A stretch of DNA of 64,000 bases from Tubiluchus corallicola (GCA_030141605.1 JAQGDQ010000189.1:1-64000); one strand, 5' to 3'. Positions 1-11,851 are shown, counted from the first letter of the stretch. Made by a program: numbers and translations. Notes: a model not told the origin generated them from the sequence alone.

Positions 1-220
1 CGATTCATGAAGCTTACAGCCCCTGCTTTTTAAATAAGAGAGCGTTTTTTTATATAAAGTAAGATCAGAAACATATGGGATAAGGGCTGGATCAGCTTTG
101 ATAGAAGCATTTCGACATGTAAAAGAGCGTAATAATTCCTGCTGTTGTGCTCTATATGGAAAAAATATTTGTGCAGGTTGTGAGACTAATCGTGATATGG
201 GTGCATATTGATAACAGAAA

Positions 221-1558
221 GACACTGTTTCACAAAGTGTGTAAACTAAAAAAATACCGAGGGTTTGGCTATTTATAGCTGGACCCTTTTTTCAAATATA
301 ACTAAGAACTGATTCAAGACAATGCCCCAGTTTCTGATTGGCATTGACCATTTTTTAGTTGCTTCTCTGGTTGCCAAAAATACAGATTTCATTACAGCCT
401 GGTCTGACGGGAATGAAAGTTTGTTTTTTGTGTATTTTCTGATTTTTCCGTTGAGATTCTCAATCAGGTTGGTTGTATAAATTATCTTTATGATTTCCAG
501 CGGAAACTCAAAGAATACTGTTAGATCTTCCCAGTTGTCTCGCCAGCTTTTAATTGCGTAAGAGTATTTATCCTCCCAAGCTGCTGCAAAATCTTCTAAA
601 GCTGCTTTTGCAGCCTCTTTTGTAGGGGCGTTATAGATTTGCTTCATATCTTTTGTAAATGCCTTTTTATCTTTCCAAACCACGTATCTGCTTGCGTTAC
701 GGATTTGATGAACAACACATATTTGTGTTTTAGATTCAGGGAAAACAGTTCGGATAGTATCTGTAAAACCATTCAAGTTATCTGTTGCCGTAATCAGAAT
801 ATCGTTAACTCCACGGGCTTTCATATCGGTAAGTACGTTCATCCAAAAGGCAGCGGACTCACTCTTGCCCAACCATAAGCCAAGAACCTCTTTTTTCCCA
901 TCTCTGCGAAGTCCTACGGCAATGTAAACGGTTTTGTTGACGACCTTAGAGTTCTCCCGCACTTTAAATACAATGCCATCCATCCAAACAATTAGGTATA
1001 CAATTTCCAGAGGTCGGTTCTGCCACGCTACAATGTCGTTGGTGACTGAATCGGTAATCCTTGATATGGTGGATGTAGAAACTTCAAAACCGTATAGCTC
1101 CCGAATTTGCTCTTCAATATCGCTATTACTCATTCCTTTAGCATAAAACGAAACAATGATATTCTCTAAGCCATCAACCATGTTCCCTCCTTTGGGTACA
1201 ATCATCGGATTAAACGAAGCATCACGGTCTCGGGGAACCTGAATGTTGGATTCTCCCAGAGTGGTTCGGACTCTCTTCTCTGAATAGCCATTGCGGGCAT
1301 TCTGATTATCCGATTTTTGATTCTTATCATAGCCTAAATGACCATCGAGTTCTCCTTCAAGCATCTTTTCAATGCCTCGTTTTTGGAGCTCTTGTAAAAA
1401 ACCATTGAGCTCTTCCCCTGAATTAAACTGTTCAAGGAAATCATCATTTAATAAATCTTCTTTTTTCATTACTGTCTAAAGTTTTAAAATTAAACAAAAA
1501 AATGCCGAGGGTTGCAACCCTCGGCATTTTCTATTTACACAGTTTATGAGATAGTGCT
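221..1558 (-). mobile_element. IS256-family insertion sequence, copy 1
   Basis: Imperfect terminal inverted repeats (GACACTGTTTCACAAAGTGTGTAAA at 221; TTTACACAGTTTATGAGATAGTGCT ending at 1558) enclose one transposase. The same ends recur at 8434/9771 and 63713/63750. No target duplication is visible. Confidence 0.93.
273..1469 (-). CDS. IS256-family (Mutator-type DDE) transposase
   Basis: 398 aa with IS256 motifs [44 protein letters not shown]. Confidence 0.95.
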   Translation of the reverse strand: MKKEDLLNDDFLEQFNSGEELNGFLQELQKRGIEKMLEGELDGHLGYDKNQKSDNQNARNGYSEKRVRTTLGESNIQVPRDRDASFNPMIVPKGGNMVDGLENIIVSFYAKGMSNSDIEEQIRELYGFEVSTSTISRITDSVTNDIVAWQNRPLEIVYLIVWMDGIVFKVRENSKVVNKTVYIAVGLRRDGKKEVLGLWLGKSESAAFWMNVLTDMKARGVNDILITATDNLNGFTDTIRTVFPESKTQICVVHQIRNASRYVVWKDKKAFTKDMKQIYNAPTKEAAKAALEDFAAAWEDKYSYAIKSWRDNWEDLTVFFEFPLEIIKIIYTTNLIENLNGKIRKYTKNKLSFPSDQAVMKSVFLATREATKKWSMPIRNWGIVLNQFLVIFEKRVQL

Positions 1559-1613
1559 TTCAAATATAACTAAGAACTGATTCAAGACAATGCCCCAGTT
1601 TATGAGATAGTGC
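1558..1613. mobile_element. Internally deleted IS256 remnant
   Basis: A copy of IS interior sequence (~290-333, TTTCAAATATAAC...GCCCCAGTTT) is joined directly to the terminal ATGAGATAGTGC through a shared CAGTTT. Confidence 0.8.
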
Positions 1614-1623
1614 TGTTTTAGTA

Positions 1624-3410
1624 TTATTGCGCCTCCCAATTGAGAATAGGCCACTGTTCATCATTCACCCATCAAGTATTTGAGAAGTCCCAGTATTCAA
1701 AGACTTCTTTATCCTTTTCAGTATCTTTGTACTTGCTGCCCTCTTTTTTCAAATGGCTGCCACTGCTAACTCCTTTTCCTGCCGGATTTCCAGGAAGTTC
1801 CTGCACTCCTGAACTTTCCTCATCCCAATAACTATAAATATCACTATTTTCAGACGCATCTCCTCCTATCAAGCCACCAAGCAGTGGAGATGCATTATTC
1901 GTCTCTCCGGTGGCATAACAGTTCTCAATTATGGCTGCTCCTGTAGCAGTACAACTTCCTATTAGTCCACCATAAGAGGCCCCTAATCCGCTAAAACCTT
2001 TAGCATCTCCTGTGCTGTAAGAGTTGGTGACGGTGCCTCCAAGGAATCCTATTAAGCCACCTAAGTGATTTGTGCCTTCTACATTTCCCGTAGCCTTACA
2101 CTCATTAATTTTTAAAGCATTTTCATTTTCATTAAAATATCCAAAAGATCCTGCTAATCCCCCGACATGACCGCTGGTACCCTCTGCGGTAACATTTACT
2201 GATGCGGAACTTTTTGATATTTCAAAGAGATCAGTATCAGTAAATGCTCCATATCCTAATACCCCACCAGCGTTATTACCATTATTACTTCCACTACCTT
2301 TTGCCAGTATGGAGCCTCCTGTAATATGGCAGTTAACAATTGTTGAATTGCTTCCATGCCCTACCAACCCAGCAACATGCGAATTTCCAGTTATTCCATT
2401 GCCATCTATTTTTATAATTACATTTTTTATCTCAGCGTTCCGTATATATCCAAACAGGCCTACCCCTTTTGTATTCTCTCTATCTATAAACAAGTTCTCT
2501 ATCACCTTGTCATCACCATCGAGAGAACCCTCGAATCTATTATCATTATTACCGACAGGGTCAAAGCCTTCTGCAGGGAAAGCATCCGGGAATGTGCCTC
2601 CTGTTTGGGAGGGTTCTGGTAGGGATATATTATTTTTCAAAGTATAATGGCCGTTTAAATTATATTGCATTCCTTGTAGATCCTGCCAACTCTTTATATT
2701 ATACTGCTCTTTGGTAGTGTTGTAGCTAAAGGGAGAATATTCTATGTTTAATTTAATGGTAATGTCGCCATCATCTATACTGTTCCAGCTACTGGCAATC
2801 ATCTGGCTCCATTATAATAGCTTACAACAGTGAGAGATGGCTTAATGTATTCTACGATTACAAAATATTCCTGTTCATCACCGTTTCCTGCTGTCACAAC
2901 ATAGGTTACCTCGTGATTGAAATCTGGAGTCGCCCCATCTTTTGTGCTTACAGTTGCATCATCTGATACTGTTATCTCAGGGTTCAATGAGGCTAAATTA
3001 ATGCCAAAAGGAATTTTCGCTGTAATTGTATAGTTGCCCGGTGAAATCTCTCCCGCCACATCATCATTTAATCCTGGATTATCGTCTTTCGTAAATACAA
3101 ATTTTGTAATCTCATTTTCTGTATTTCGCCCTACATTAACCTTTACGTTATAAGTCCGTTTGTCATTATTTTCCGCCGTTACTGTGTAGGATATCTTATT
3201 CTCTGAATTTACACCAAAGTTTATACGCGTTCCACTAGCAGGATTAATCGTGGCCCCCTCCGATATCTTTATTGTAGGAGTTAACTCGAGGTCTGTACCA
3301 AAAGGTACTTCAAGTGTGATATCCGGACCTGTAACATCTTCCGCAGATACATCATCATTTAATCCTGGATTATCTCCTTTCTTAAATACAAAGCTCTTAA
3401 TTGCAGTTCC
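1624..3410 (-). pseudogene. Surface lipoprotein array copy A (divergent, decayed)
   Basis: Two Ig-like modules with no signal peptide (the frame stays open upstream of ORF 2799-3059). A deletion/frameshift near 2800 removes most of the linker. The GLUG head is ORF 1672-2802. After an in-frame TGA at 1672 the frame continues WVNDEQWPILNWEAQ*, matching the WPTLYW C-terminus of the paralogues. Confidence 0.8.
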
Positions 3411-3434
3411 TTTTCTTTCTCCTATTCTTTTTAA

Positions 3435-3502
3435 GTTCTTTTGTCATGACACAAAAGAACCCCAAGATCAAGCCTGTAAATTCTTTTGATGAAAAACTAT
3501 GC
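3435..3502. repeat. Fragment of the dispersed structured repeat (see 48672-49580)
   Basis: GTTCTTTTGTCATGACACAAAAGAACCCCAAGATCAAGCCTGTAAATTCTTTTGATGAAAAACTATGC closely matches 48726-48793. Confidence 0.85.
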
Positions 3503-3537
3503 AAAAAAACCCGTGCTTTTGCAGTAAGCACGGGTTT
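3502..3537 (-). terminator. Intrinsic terminator after copy B
   Basis: Hairpin AAACCCGTGC...GCACGGGTTT with an A-run (U-tract on the minus strand) just downstream of the stop codon. Confidence 0.8.
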
Positions 3538-3573
3538 AAATAATTATTAGTAAGTATACTTTTGCCTCTTTTT

Positions 3574-5697
3574 TTAGTTCCCCTGCCAGTAGAGAGTAGG
3601 CCACTGTCCATCACTCTCCCACTTCCATGGGTTATCATCACTGTTACCAAAATTCCAGTCGACGAAAACTTCAGCATCAGGATCCTGGCCCGTGTCATAA
3701 TATTTGCCTTCAGTTTTTCTCAGGTTAGAAGCAGCAGAAACACCTGTTCCTGCACTCGATCTTTCGCCCTGCTCTGCGCTGGCTATATCCCAGTAGCTGT
3801 TGGTAGTCGAATTATTTCCTTGATCGCCTCCAAACCCTCCTGTAGAACCATCATCTTCTCCTGTAACTTTACCTGTAGCATAACACCTTTTTACTAAGGC
3901 ATCAGAATAGTGTAGACGCCCAAAAAATCCTCCTACGTATAGTTTCCCTTCTACATTGCCTGTGGCATAACTATCCTCAATATCTCCCCTGTAAAAACGT
4001 CCTACCAGACCACCAGCATATCCGTCATCTCCAGTCCCCTTTACATTGCCTGTGGCATAACTTCTGTAAACCGTGACATTATGATCGGTAAAACTCTGAC
4101 CAGCTACTCCCACCAGGCCACCAACATAATTACTTCCTGTAACATCTCCCGTGGCATAACTATTTTTAATATAGATGTTTGAATAAGTGGTAGAGTTAAC
4201 ATATCCCGCCAAACCACCGACAGTACTATTTCCCGTTACATTGCCTGTAGTGTAACAGTTGTTAACAGAGCTACTTCGATCAAGTTTTCCCACCAGGCCA
4301 CCGACAGTATTATTTCCCGTCACATTGCCTGTAACATAACAGTTGGCAGCAAATACACCACTAACTATAGCGAGCCCCGCCAGGCCACCAACGTAATCAC
4401 CTCCCGTCACACCGCCATTCGATATTTCTATACCCACATTATTGATGGCTGAAGAGCCAAAAGCATAGCCAATCAGACCTACATATTTTATATTTCTATC
4501 TATAAAGAAATTTTTTATCACAGACCCATTCCCATCAAGTGTGCCTTTAAAACTATCACGCCCACTGCCCAAAGGATTAAAACCTTCTTTAGGTAGCTCT
4601 TCCGGGAAAATGCCTCCTGTTTGTGAGGGTTCTGGCAGCTCTATATCATTCATCAAAGTGTAATGACCTGATAAATCGTCCTTCATCCCCTGCAGATCCT
4701 GCCAGCTCTTTATCTTATACTGCTCTTTGGTTACAGTGTAGGTAAAGTCAATACCTTCAATCTCTAATACAACGTTGATAGTGCCATCATCTATAGACTT
4801 CCAATCAGAAATACTCAGCGTACTGCCTATTGTACCATTACCGTCTTTTACTTCTACTGTACCATTTGCAGTTTTATCTGCTATCTTCAATGTGTAATTG
4901 TAGCTCCCCTCTGCTATATCACTTATCTCAAACAGATCGGGTTTTTCAAAATCCCCTGCTCCTACACGGTTCTCTCTCTCGTAATAGCTCACGGTAGCGA
5001 AAGAGGGCTGTGACTTTACTGTTACAGTATACTCCTGCTGAGTGCTGCCATCTTCTGCTTCTACAATGTATTTTACACCATCAACACCTGAGAAGTCAAC
5101 CCCTGTTTCTCCACTTATTTGTTGTTCTCCATCTACCGTTACTGTGGCTCCATTAGATACCGTAAAAGTGGCTACTAATAACGCTTTTACATCTGTACCA
5201 AAAGGTACTGTTACTGTAATGTCAGTGCCTGTAATATCCCCACCAATGTCTTTGCCTAATATTCCCTGATTATTGCCTGCCTCAAACACAAAAGTTTTGA
5301 TTTTACATTCGGTATTTTGTGCTACTTCAACTGTTACTTTATACTCCTGCTCGTCGCCATTCTCCGCTGTTACTATGTAAGTTGTAGGGTTTGTTTCTTC
5401 AAAGTTTATAGGCACTCCACTAGCAGGATTAATAGTGGCACCATCCGATATCTCTATTGTAGGAGTTAACTCGAGGGCTGTACCAAAAGGAACTGTTAGC
5501 TCAATTTCTGTGCCTGTGATTACACCCGCATCTACATCGACAGCTAATGACCCATTGACACTTTTCCTAAACGCAAACTCAGTAATCAGATTCTCATCGG
5601 AGAGAGGTGGTTTTTCATCCCTTTTTTTGCATCCAAATGTAATAGCTAGGAGCAATATAAGTATATTGATTAGTGGTTTAAATGCTGCAGTTTTCAT
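3574..5697 (-). CDS. Surface lipoprotein array copy B (2 Ig-like stalk modules plus GLUG-repeat head), intact
   Basis: Start taken at MKTAAFK (5697) by comparison with the paralogues. Lipobox ITFG-C followed by KKRDEK; YxVTAE(N/D)G modules; repeated VGGLVG/SYATGNV units. Confidence 0.9.
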   Translation of the reverse strand: MKTAAFKPLINILILLLAITFGCKKRDEKPPLSDENLITEFAFRKSVNGSLAVDVDAGVITGTEIELTVPFGTALELTPTIEISDGATINPASGVPINFEETNPTTYIVTAENGDEQEYKVTVEVAQNTECKIKTFVFEAGNNQGILGKDIGGDITGTDITVTVPFGTDVKALLVATFTVSNGATVTVDGEQQISGETGVDFSGVDGVKYIVEAEDGSTQQEYTVTVKSQPSFATVSYYERENRVGAGDFEKPDLFEISDIAEGSYNYTLKIADKTANGTVEVKDGNGTIGSTLSISDWKSIDDGTINVVLEIEGIDFTYTVTKEQYKIKSWQDLQGMKDDLSGHYTLMNDIELPEPSQTGGIFPEELPKEGFNPLGSGRDSFKGTLDGNGSVIKNFFIDRNIKYVGLIGYAFGSSAINNVGIEISNGGVTGGDYVGGLAGLAIVSGVFAANCYVTGNVTGNNTVGGLVGKLDRSSSVNNCYTTGNVTGNSTVGGLAGYVNSTTYSNIYIKNSYATGDVTGSNYVGGLVGVAGQSFTDHNVTVYRSYATGNVKGTGDDGYAGGLVGRFYRGDIEDSYATGNVEGKLYVGGFFGRLHYSDALVKRCYATGKVTGEDDGSTGGFGGDQGNNSTTNSYWDIASAEQGERSSAGTGVSAASNLRKTEGKYYDTGQDPDAEVFVDWNFGNSDDNPWKWESDGQWPTLYWQGN

Positions 5698-5939
5698 AAT
5701 CTTAAGTAAATTTAGGTTAAACAAATTAAACAAGGTGGTCTTCTATAAAGATAAAGAAAATATCTTTAAAGATAAAGTCTTTGCGGAAATAACTAATTTT
5801 ATTTTATTCTGCTTTATTGTTTTTTTTTAACACTTCTTGTTCTTTATTTCTATCTTGAACCTTTCTTCTATACTGACTTGATGATAGTTTTTTGCTTGTT
5901 TATCCAGTGTTTGAGAGGGAATACTTTTGGTAACAGAAT

Positions 5940-5973
5940 AAAAAACCCGTGCCTTTGTCTGCAGCACGGGTTT
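5940..5973 (-). terminator. Intrinsic terminator after copy C; the same hairpin occurs at 9915-9945, 12013-12043, 14332-14362, 17226-17256 and 20114-20144
   Basis: AAACCCGTGC-N11-GCACGGGTTT plus A6-A8, shortly downstream of each stop codon. Confidence 0.8.
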
Positions 5974-6002
5974 GTAGTATTATTTTTGTTTTTCTTAATT
6001 AG

Positions 6003-8353
6003 TTATTGCCAATAGAGGGTAGGCCATTTACCACCATTATCATCCCACATCCAAGGTTCACTATCACTTGTGCCAAATTCCCAGTTAACGAAAACTTCAG
6101 CATCAGGATCCTGGCCTGTGTCATAATATTTGCCTTCAGTTTTTCTCAGGTTAGAAGCAGCAGAAACACCTGTTCCTGCACTCGATCTGTCGCCCTGCTC
6201 TGCGCTGGCCATATCCCAGTAGCTGTTGGTAGTCGAATTATTTCCTTGATCGCCTCCAAACCCTCCTGTAGAACCATCATCTACTCCTGTAACTTTACCT
6301 GTAGCATAACACCTTTTTACTAAGGCATCAGAATAGTGTAGACGCCCAAAAAATCCTCCTACGCGTTGTATCCCTTCTACATTGCCTGTGGCATAACTAT
6401 CCTCAATATCTCCCCTGAAAAAACGTCCTACCAGACCACCAGCATATCCGTCATCTCCAGTCCCCTTTACATTGCCTGTGGCATAACTTCTGTAAACCTT
6501 GCCATGATTACCGATAGAACTATGACCAACTACTCCCACCAGGCCACCAACATAATTATTTCCCGTTACATCTCCCGTGGCATAACTATTTTTAAAAGCG
6601 CTACTTCGATCAAGAGTTCCCACCAAACCACCGACGTATTATTTCCCGTCACATTGCCTGTAACATAACAGTTGGTAGCAAATAATCCACCAGTATAAAC
6701 GAACCCCACCAGGCCACCAACGTAATCAAGTCCCGTCACACCGCCATCCGATATTTCTATACCCACATTATTGATGTTATAGTTGTTGTTTGTAGAGATA
6801 TTAGTATAGCCAAACAGACCTACATAGTTCTTATTCTCTCTATCTATAAAGAAATTTTTTATCACATACCCATTCCCATCAAGTGTGCCTGTAAAATGAT
6901 CATGCGCATTGCCCAAAGGATTAAAACCTTCTTTAGGTAGCTCTTCCGGGAAAGTGCCTCCTGTTTGGGAGGGTTCTGGCAGCTCTATATCATTCATCAA
7001 AGTGTAACGACCACCTAGATTATCTTTTATCCCCTGCAGATCCTGCCAGCTCTTTATATTATACTGCTCTTTGGTAGTGTTGTAGCTAAAGGTAGAACCT
7101 TCTATGGTTAATTCAATGTCAACATTGCCATTCGGTATAGACTTCCAATCAGAAATACTCAGCTTACTGCCGCGTATTGTACCATTACCGTCTTTTACTT
7201 CTACTGTACCATTTGCAGTTTTATCTGCTATCTTCAATGTGTAATTGTAGCTCCCCTCTGCTATATCACTTATCTCAAACAGATCGGGTTTTTCAAAATC
7301 CCCTGCTCCTACACGGTTCTCTCTCTCGTAATAGCTCACGGTAGCGAAAGAGGGCTGTGGCTTTATCGTAACTGTTACTTCATAGTTCTGCGTAAAGGCT
7401 TCATTTTGTGATGTCACAGTGTAAGTAACAGCGTTTGTAAAGTTGACCTCTGTTTCTCCACTTATTTGTTGTTCTCCATCTACCGTTACTGTGGCTCCAT
7501 TAGATACCGTAAAAGTGGCTACTAATAACGCTTCTACATCTGTACCAAAAGGTACTGTTACTGTAATGTCAGTGCCTGTAATATCCCCATCAATGTCTTT
7601 GCCTAATATTCCCTGATTATTGCCTGCCTCAAACACAAAAGTTTTGATTTCACATTCGGTATTTTGTGCTACAGTAACTGTTACTTTATACTCCTGCTTA
7701 TAGGTTTCATTTTGTGCTGTCACAGTGTAATTAACAGCGCCGTATGTAAAGTTGACCTCTGTTTCTCCACTTGTTTGTTGGTTTCCATCTACCGTTACTG
7801 TGGCTCCCTCAGATACCGTAAAAGTGGCTACTAATAACGCTTTTACATCTGTACCAAAAGGTACTGTTACTGTAATGTCAGTGCCTATAATATCCCCATC
7901 AATGTCTTTGCCTAATATTCCCTGATTATTGCCTGCCTCAAACACAAAAGTTTTGATTTTACATTCGGTATTTTGTGCTACAGTAACTGTTACTTTATAC
8001 TCCTGCTCGTCGCCATTCTCCGCTGTTACTATGTAAGTTGTAGGGTTTGTTTCTTCAAAGTCTATACGCACTCCACTAGCAGGACTAATAGTGGCACCAT
8101 CAGATACCACTATTGTAGGGGTTAGAAAAAGGTTTGTACTAAAAGGAACTTTTAGCTCAATTTCTGTGCCTGTGATTACACCCGCATCTACATCGACAGC
8201 TAATGACCCATTGACACTTTTCCTAAACGCAAACTCAGTAATCAGATTCTCATCGGAGAGAGGTGGTTTTTCATCCCCTTTTTTGCATCCAAATGTAATA
8301 GCTAGGAGCAATATAAGTATATTGATTAGTGGTTTAAATGCTGCTGTTTTCAT
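6003..8353 (-). pseudogene. Surface lipoprotein array copy C (3 stalk modules), single-base frameshift
   Basis: ORFs 6566-8446 and 6003-6626 join if one A is restored near 6636 (CCGAC-GTATT versus CCGACAGTATT in B and H). The true start is MKTAAFK at 8353; the longer ORF start lies inside the IS end. The frameshift could be a sequencing error. Confidence 0.8.
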
Positions 8354-8433
8354 ATTCTTAATAAATTTATTAAAGTGATCTTCGTAAAGATAAAGAAAAT
8401 GTCTTTGCGGAAAGTTAATTAATTTTATTTTAT

Positions 8434-9771
8434 GACACTGTTTCACAAAGTGTTAAAACTAAAAAAATACCGAGGGTTTGGCTATTTATAGCTGGACCCT
8501 TTTTTCAAATATAACTAAGAACTGATTCAAGGCAATGCCCCAGTTTCTGATTGGCATTGACCATTTTTTAGTTGCTTCTCTGGTTGCCAAAAATACAGAT
8601 TTCATTACAGCCTGGTCTGACGTGAATGAAAGTTTGTTTTTTGTGTATTTTCTGATTTTTCCGTTGAGATTCTCAATCAGGTTGGTTGTATAAATTATCT
8701 TTCTGATTTCCAGCGGAAACTCAAAGAATACTGTTAGGTCCTCCCAGTTGTCTCGCCAGCTTTTAATTGCGTAAGAGTATTTATCCTCCCAAGCTGCTGC
8801 AAAATCTTCTAAAGCTGCTTTTGCAGCCTCTTTTGTATGGGCGTTATAGATTTGCTTCATATCTTTTGTAAATGCCTTTTTATCTTTCCAAACCACGTAT
8901 CTGCTTGCGTTACGGATTTGATGAACAACACATATTTGTGTTTTAGATTCAGGGGAAACAGTTCGGATAGTATCTGTAAAGCCATTCAAGTTATCTGTTG
9001 CCGTAATCAGGATATCGTTAACTCCACGAGCTTTCATATCGGTAAGTACGTTCATCCAAAAGGCAGCGGACTCACTCTTGCCCAACCATAAGCCAAGAAC
9101 CTCTTTTTTCCCATCTCTGCGAAGTCCTACGGCAATGTAAACGGTTTTGTTGACGACCTTAGAGTTCTCCCGCACTTTAAATACAATGCCATCCATCCAA
9201 ACAATTAGGTATACAATTTCCAGAGGTCGGTTCTGCCACGCTACAATGTCGTTGGTGACTGAATCGGTAATCCTTGATATGGTGGATGTAGAAACTTCAA
9301 AACCGTATAGCTCCCGAATTTGCTCTTCAATATCGCTATTACTCATTCCTTTAGCATAAAACGAAACAATGATATTCTCTAAGCCATCGACCATGTTCCC
9401 TCCTTTGGGTACAATCATCGGATTAAACGAAGCATCACGGTCTCGGGGAACCTGAATGTTGGATTCTCCCAGAGTGGTTCGGACTCTCTTCTCTGAATAG
9501 CCATTGCGGGCATTCTGATTATCCGATTTTTGATTCTTATCATAGCCTAAATGACCATCGAGTTCTCCTTCAAGCATCTTTTCAATGCCTCGTTTTTGGA
9601 GCTCTTGTAAAAAACCATTGAGCTCTTCCCCTGAATTAAACTGTTCAAGGAAATCATCATTTAATAAATCTTCTTTTTTCATTACTGTCTAAAGTTTTAA
9701 AATTAAACAAAAAAATGCCGAGGGTTGCAACCCTCGGCATTTTCTATTTACACAGTTTATGAGATAGTGCT
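8434..9771 (-). mobile_element. IS256-family insertion sequence, copy 2
   Basis: Same termini as copy 1. Flanked by the direct repeat TATTTTAT (8426-8433 and 9772-9779). Removing the IS and one repeat restores the standard array spacer. Confidence 0.95.
8486..9682 (-). CDS. IS256-family transposase
   Basis: 398 aa; differs from copy 1 at about five residues. Confidence 0.95.
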   Translation of the reverse strand: MKKEDLLNDDFLEQFNSGEELNGFLQELQKRGIEKMLEGELDGHLGYDKNQKSDNQNARNGYSEKRVRTTLGESNIQVPRDRDASFNPMIVPKGGNMVDGLENIIVSFYAKGMSNSDIEEQIRELYGFEVSTSTISRITDSVTNDIVAWQNRPLEIVYLIVWMDGIVFKVRENSKVVNKTVYIAVGLRRDGKKEVLGLWLGKSESAAFWMNVLTDMKARGVNDILITATDNLNGFTDTIRTVSPESKTQICVVHQIRNASRYVVWKDKKAFTKDMKQIYNAHTKEAAKAALEDFAAAWEDKYSYAIKSWRDNWEDLTVFFEFPLEIRKIIYTTNLIENLNGKIRKYTKNKLSFTSDQAVMKSVFLATREATKKWSMPIRNWGIALNQFLVIFEKRVQL

Positions 9772-9974
9772 TATTTTATTCTGCTTTATTGTTTTTTTTT
9801 AACACTTCTTGTTCTTTATTTCTATCTTGAACCTTTCTTCTATACTGACTTGATGATAGTTTTTTGCTTGTTTATCCAGTGTTTGAGAGGGAATACTTTT
9901 GGTAACAGAATAAAAAACCCGTGCCTTTGTCTGCAGCACGGGTTTGTAGTATTATTTTTGTTTTTCTTAATTAG

Positions 9975-11795
9975 TTATTGCCAATAGAGGGTAGGCCATT
10001 TACCACCATTATCATCCCACATCCAAGGTTCACTATCACTTGTGCCAAATTCCCAGTTAACGAAAACTTCAGCATCAGGATCCTGGCCTGTGTCATAATA
10101 TTTGCCTTCAGTTTTTCTCAGGTTAGAAGCAGCAGAAACACCTGTTCCTGCACTCGATCTGTCGCCCTGCTCTGCGCTGGCCATATCCCAGTAGCTGTTG
10201 GTAGTCGAATTATTTCCTTGATCGCCTCCAAACCCTCCTGTAGAACCATCATCTACTCCTGTAACTTTACCTGTAGCATAACACCTTTTTACTAAGGCAT
10301 CAGAATAGTGTAGACGCCCAAAAAATCCTCCTACGCGTTGTATCCCTTCTACATTGCCTGTGGCATAACTATCCTCAATATCTCCCCTGAAAAAACGTCC
10401 TACCAGACCACCAGCATATCCGTCATCTCCAGTCCCCTTTACATTGCCTGTGGCATAACTTCTGTAAACCTTGCCATGATTACCGGTAGAACTCTGACCA
10501 ACTACTCCCACCAGGCCACCAACATAATTACTTCCTGTAACATCTCCCGTGGCATAACTATTTTTAATATAAGCTGATTGTGTGGTAGAGTTAACTAATC
10601 CCACCAAACCACCGACAGAATTATTTCCCGTTACATTGCCTGTAGTGTAACAGTTGTTAACAGTGCTATTTTTAGCAAGGTTTCCCACCAGGCCACCGAC
10701 AAAATTATTTCCCGTCACATTGCCTGTAACATAACAGTTGGTAGCAAATGCACCATCAACTATAACGAGCCCCGCCAGGCCACCAACGTAATCAAGTCCC
10801 GTCACACCGTCATCCGATATTTCTATACCCACATTATTGATGGCTGAAGAGCTAAAAGCAGAGCCAAACAGACCTACATAATTTATATTTCTATCTATAA
10901 AGAAATTTTTTATCACATACCCTTTCCCATCAAGTGTGCCTCTAAAATGTTCAGGCCCATTGCCCAAAGGATTAAAACCTTCTTTAGGTAGCTCTTCCGG
11001 GAAAATGCCTTCTGTTTGTGAGGGAGCAGGCAGCTCTATATCATTCATCAAAGTGTAATGACCTAGTAGATTATATTTTATCCCCTGCAGATCCTGCCAG
11101 CTCTTTATATTATACTGCTCTTTGGTAGTGCTATGGCTAAATTTATCACTTTCTATGGTTAATTCAATGTCAACATTGCCATTCGGTATAGACTTCCAAT
11201 CAGAAGTACTCAGATTGCCTATTGTACCATTACCGTCTTTTACTTCTACTGTACCATTTGCAGTTTTATCTGCTATCTTCAATGTGTAATTGTAGCTCCC
11301 CTCTGCTATATCACTTATCTCAAACAGATCGGGTTTTTCAAAATCCCCTGCTCCTACACGGTTCTCTCTCTCGTAATAGCTCACGGTAGCGAAAGAGGGC
11401 TGTGGCTTTATCGTAACTGTTACTTTATACTCCTGCTCGTCGCCATTCTCCGCTGTTACTATGTAAGTTGTAGGGTTTGTTTTTTCAAAGTCTATACGCA
11501 CTCCACTATCAGGACTAATAGTGGCACCATCAGATATCACTATTGTAGGGATTAGAAAAAGGTTTGTACTACTAAAAGGAACTTTTAGCTCAATTTCTGT
11601 GCCTGTGATTACACCCGCATCTACATCGACAGCTAATGACCCATTGACACTTTTCCTAAACGCAAACTCAGTAATCAGATTCTCATCGGAGAGAGGTGGT
11701 TTTTCATCCCCTTTATCCCCTTTTTTACATCCAAATGTAATAGCTAGGAGCAATATAAGTATATTGATTAGTGGTTTAAATGCTGCTGTTTTCAT
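9975..11795 (-). CDS. Surface lipoprotein array copy D (1 stalk module), intact
   Basis: 606 aa: lipobox, one Ig-like module, linker, GLUG head. Confidence 0.92.
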   Translation of the reverse strand: MKTAAFKPLINILILLLAITFGCKKGDKGDEKPPLSDENLITEFAFRKSVNGSLAVDVDAGVITGTEIELKVPFSSTNLFLIPTIVISDGATISPDSGVRIDFEKTNPTTYIVTAENGDEQEYKVTVTIKPQPSFATVSYYERENRVGAGDFEKPDLFEISDIAEGSYNYTLKIADKTANGTVEVKDGNGTIGNLSTSDWKSIPNGNVDIELTIESDKFSHSTTKEQYNIKSWQDLQGIKYNLLGHYTLMNDIELPAPSQTEGIFPEELPKEGFNPLGNGPEHFRGTLDGKGYVIKNFFIDRNINYVGLFGSAFSSSAINNVGIEISDDGVTGLDYVGGLAGLVIVDGAFATNCYVTGNVTGNNFVGGLVGNLAKNSTVNNCYTTGNVTGNNSVGGLVGLVNSTTQSAYIKNSYATGDVTGSNYVGGLVGVVGQSSTGNHGKVYRSYATGNVKGTGDDGYAGGLVGRFFRGDIEDSYATGNVEGIQRVGGFFGRLHYSDALVKRCYATGKVTGVDDGSTGGFGGDQGNNSTTNSYWDMASAEQGDRSSAGTGVSAASNLRKTEGKYYDTGQDPDAEVFVNWEFGTSDSEPWMWDDNGGKWPTLYWQ

Positions 11796-11824
11796 ATTCT
11801 TAATAAATTTATTAAAGTGATCTT

Positions 11825-11851
11825 CGCAAAGATAAAGAAAATGTCTTTGCG
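11825..11851 (-). promoter_or_regulatory. Palindrome overlapping a Bacteroidetes -7 promoter box (repeated upstream of copies B-G)
   Basis: CGCAAAGATA-AAGAAAA-TGTCTTTGCG. The minus strand reads TATCTTTG (TAnnTTTG consensus) about 30 bp upstream of the ATG. No clear -33 TTTG at the canonical distance. Confidence 0.6.

Noticed and set aside
1-220. Open minus-strand frame next to IS copy 1
   Set aside because: About 70 codons running off the window with no recognisable motif. It may be an interrupted gene but cannot be supported.
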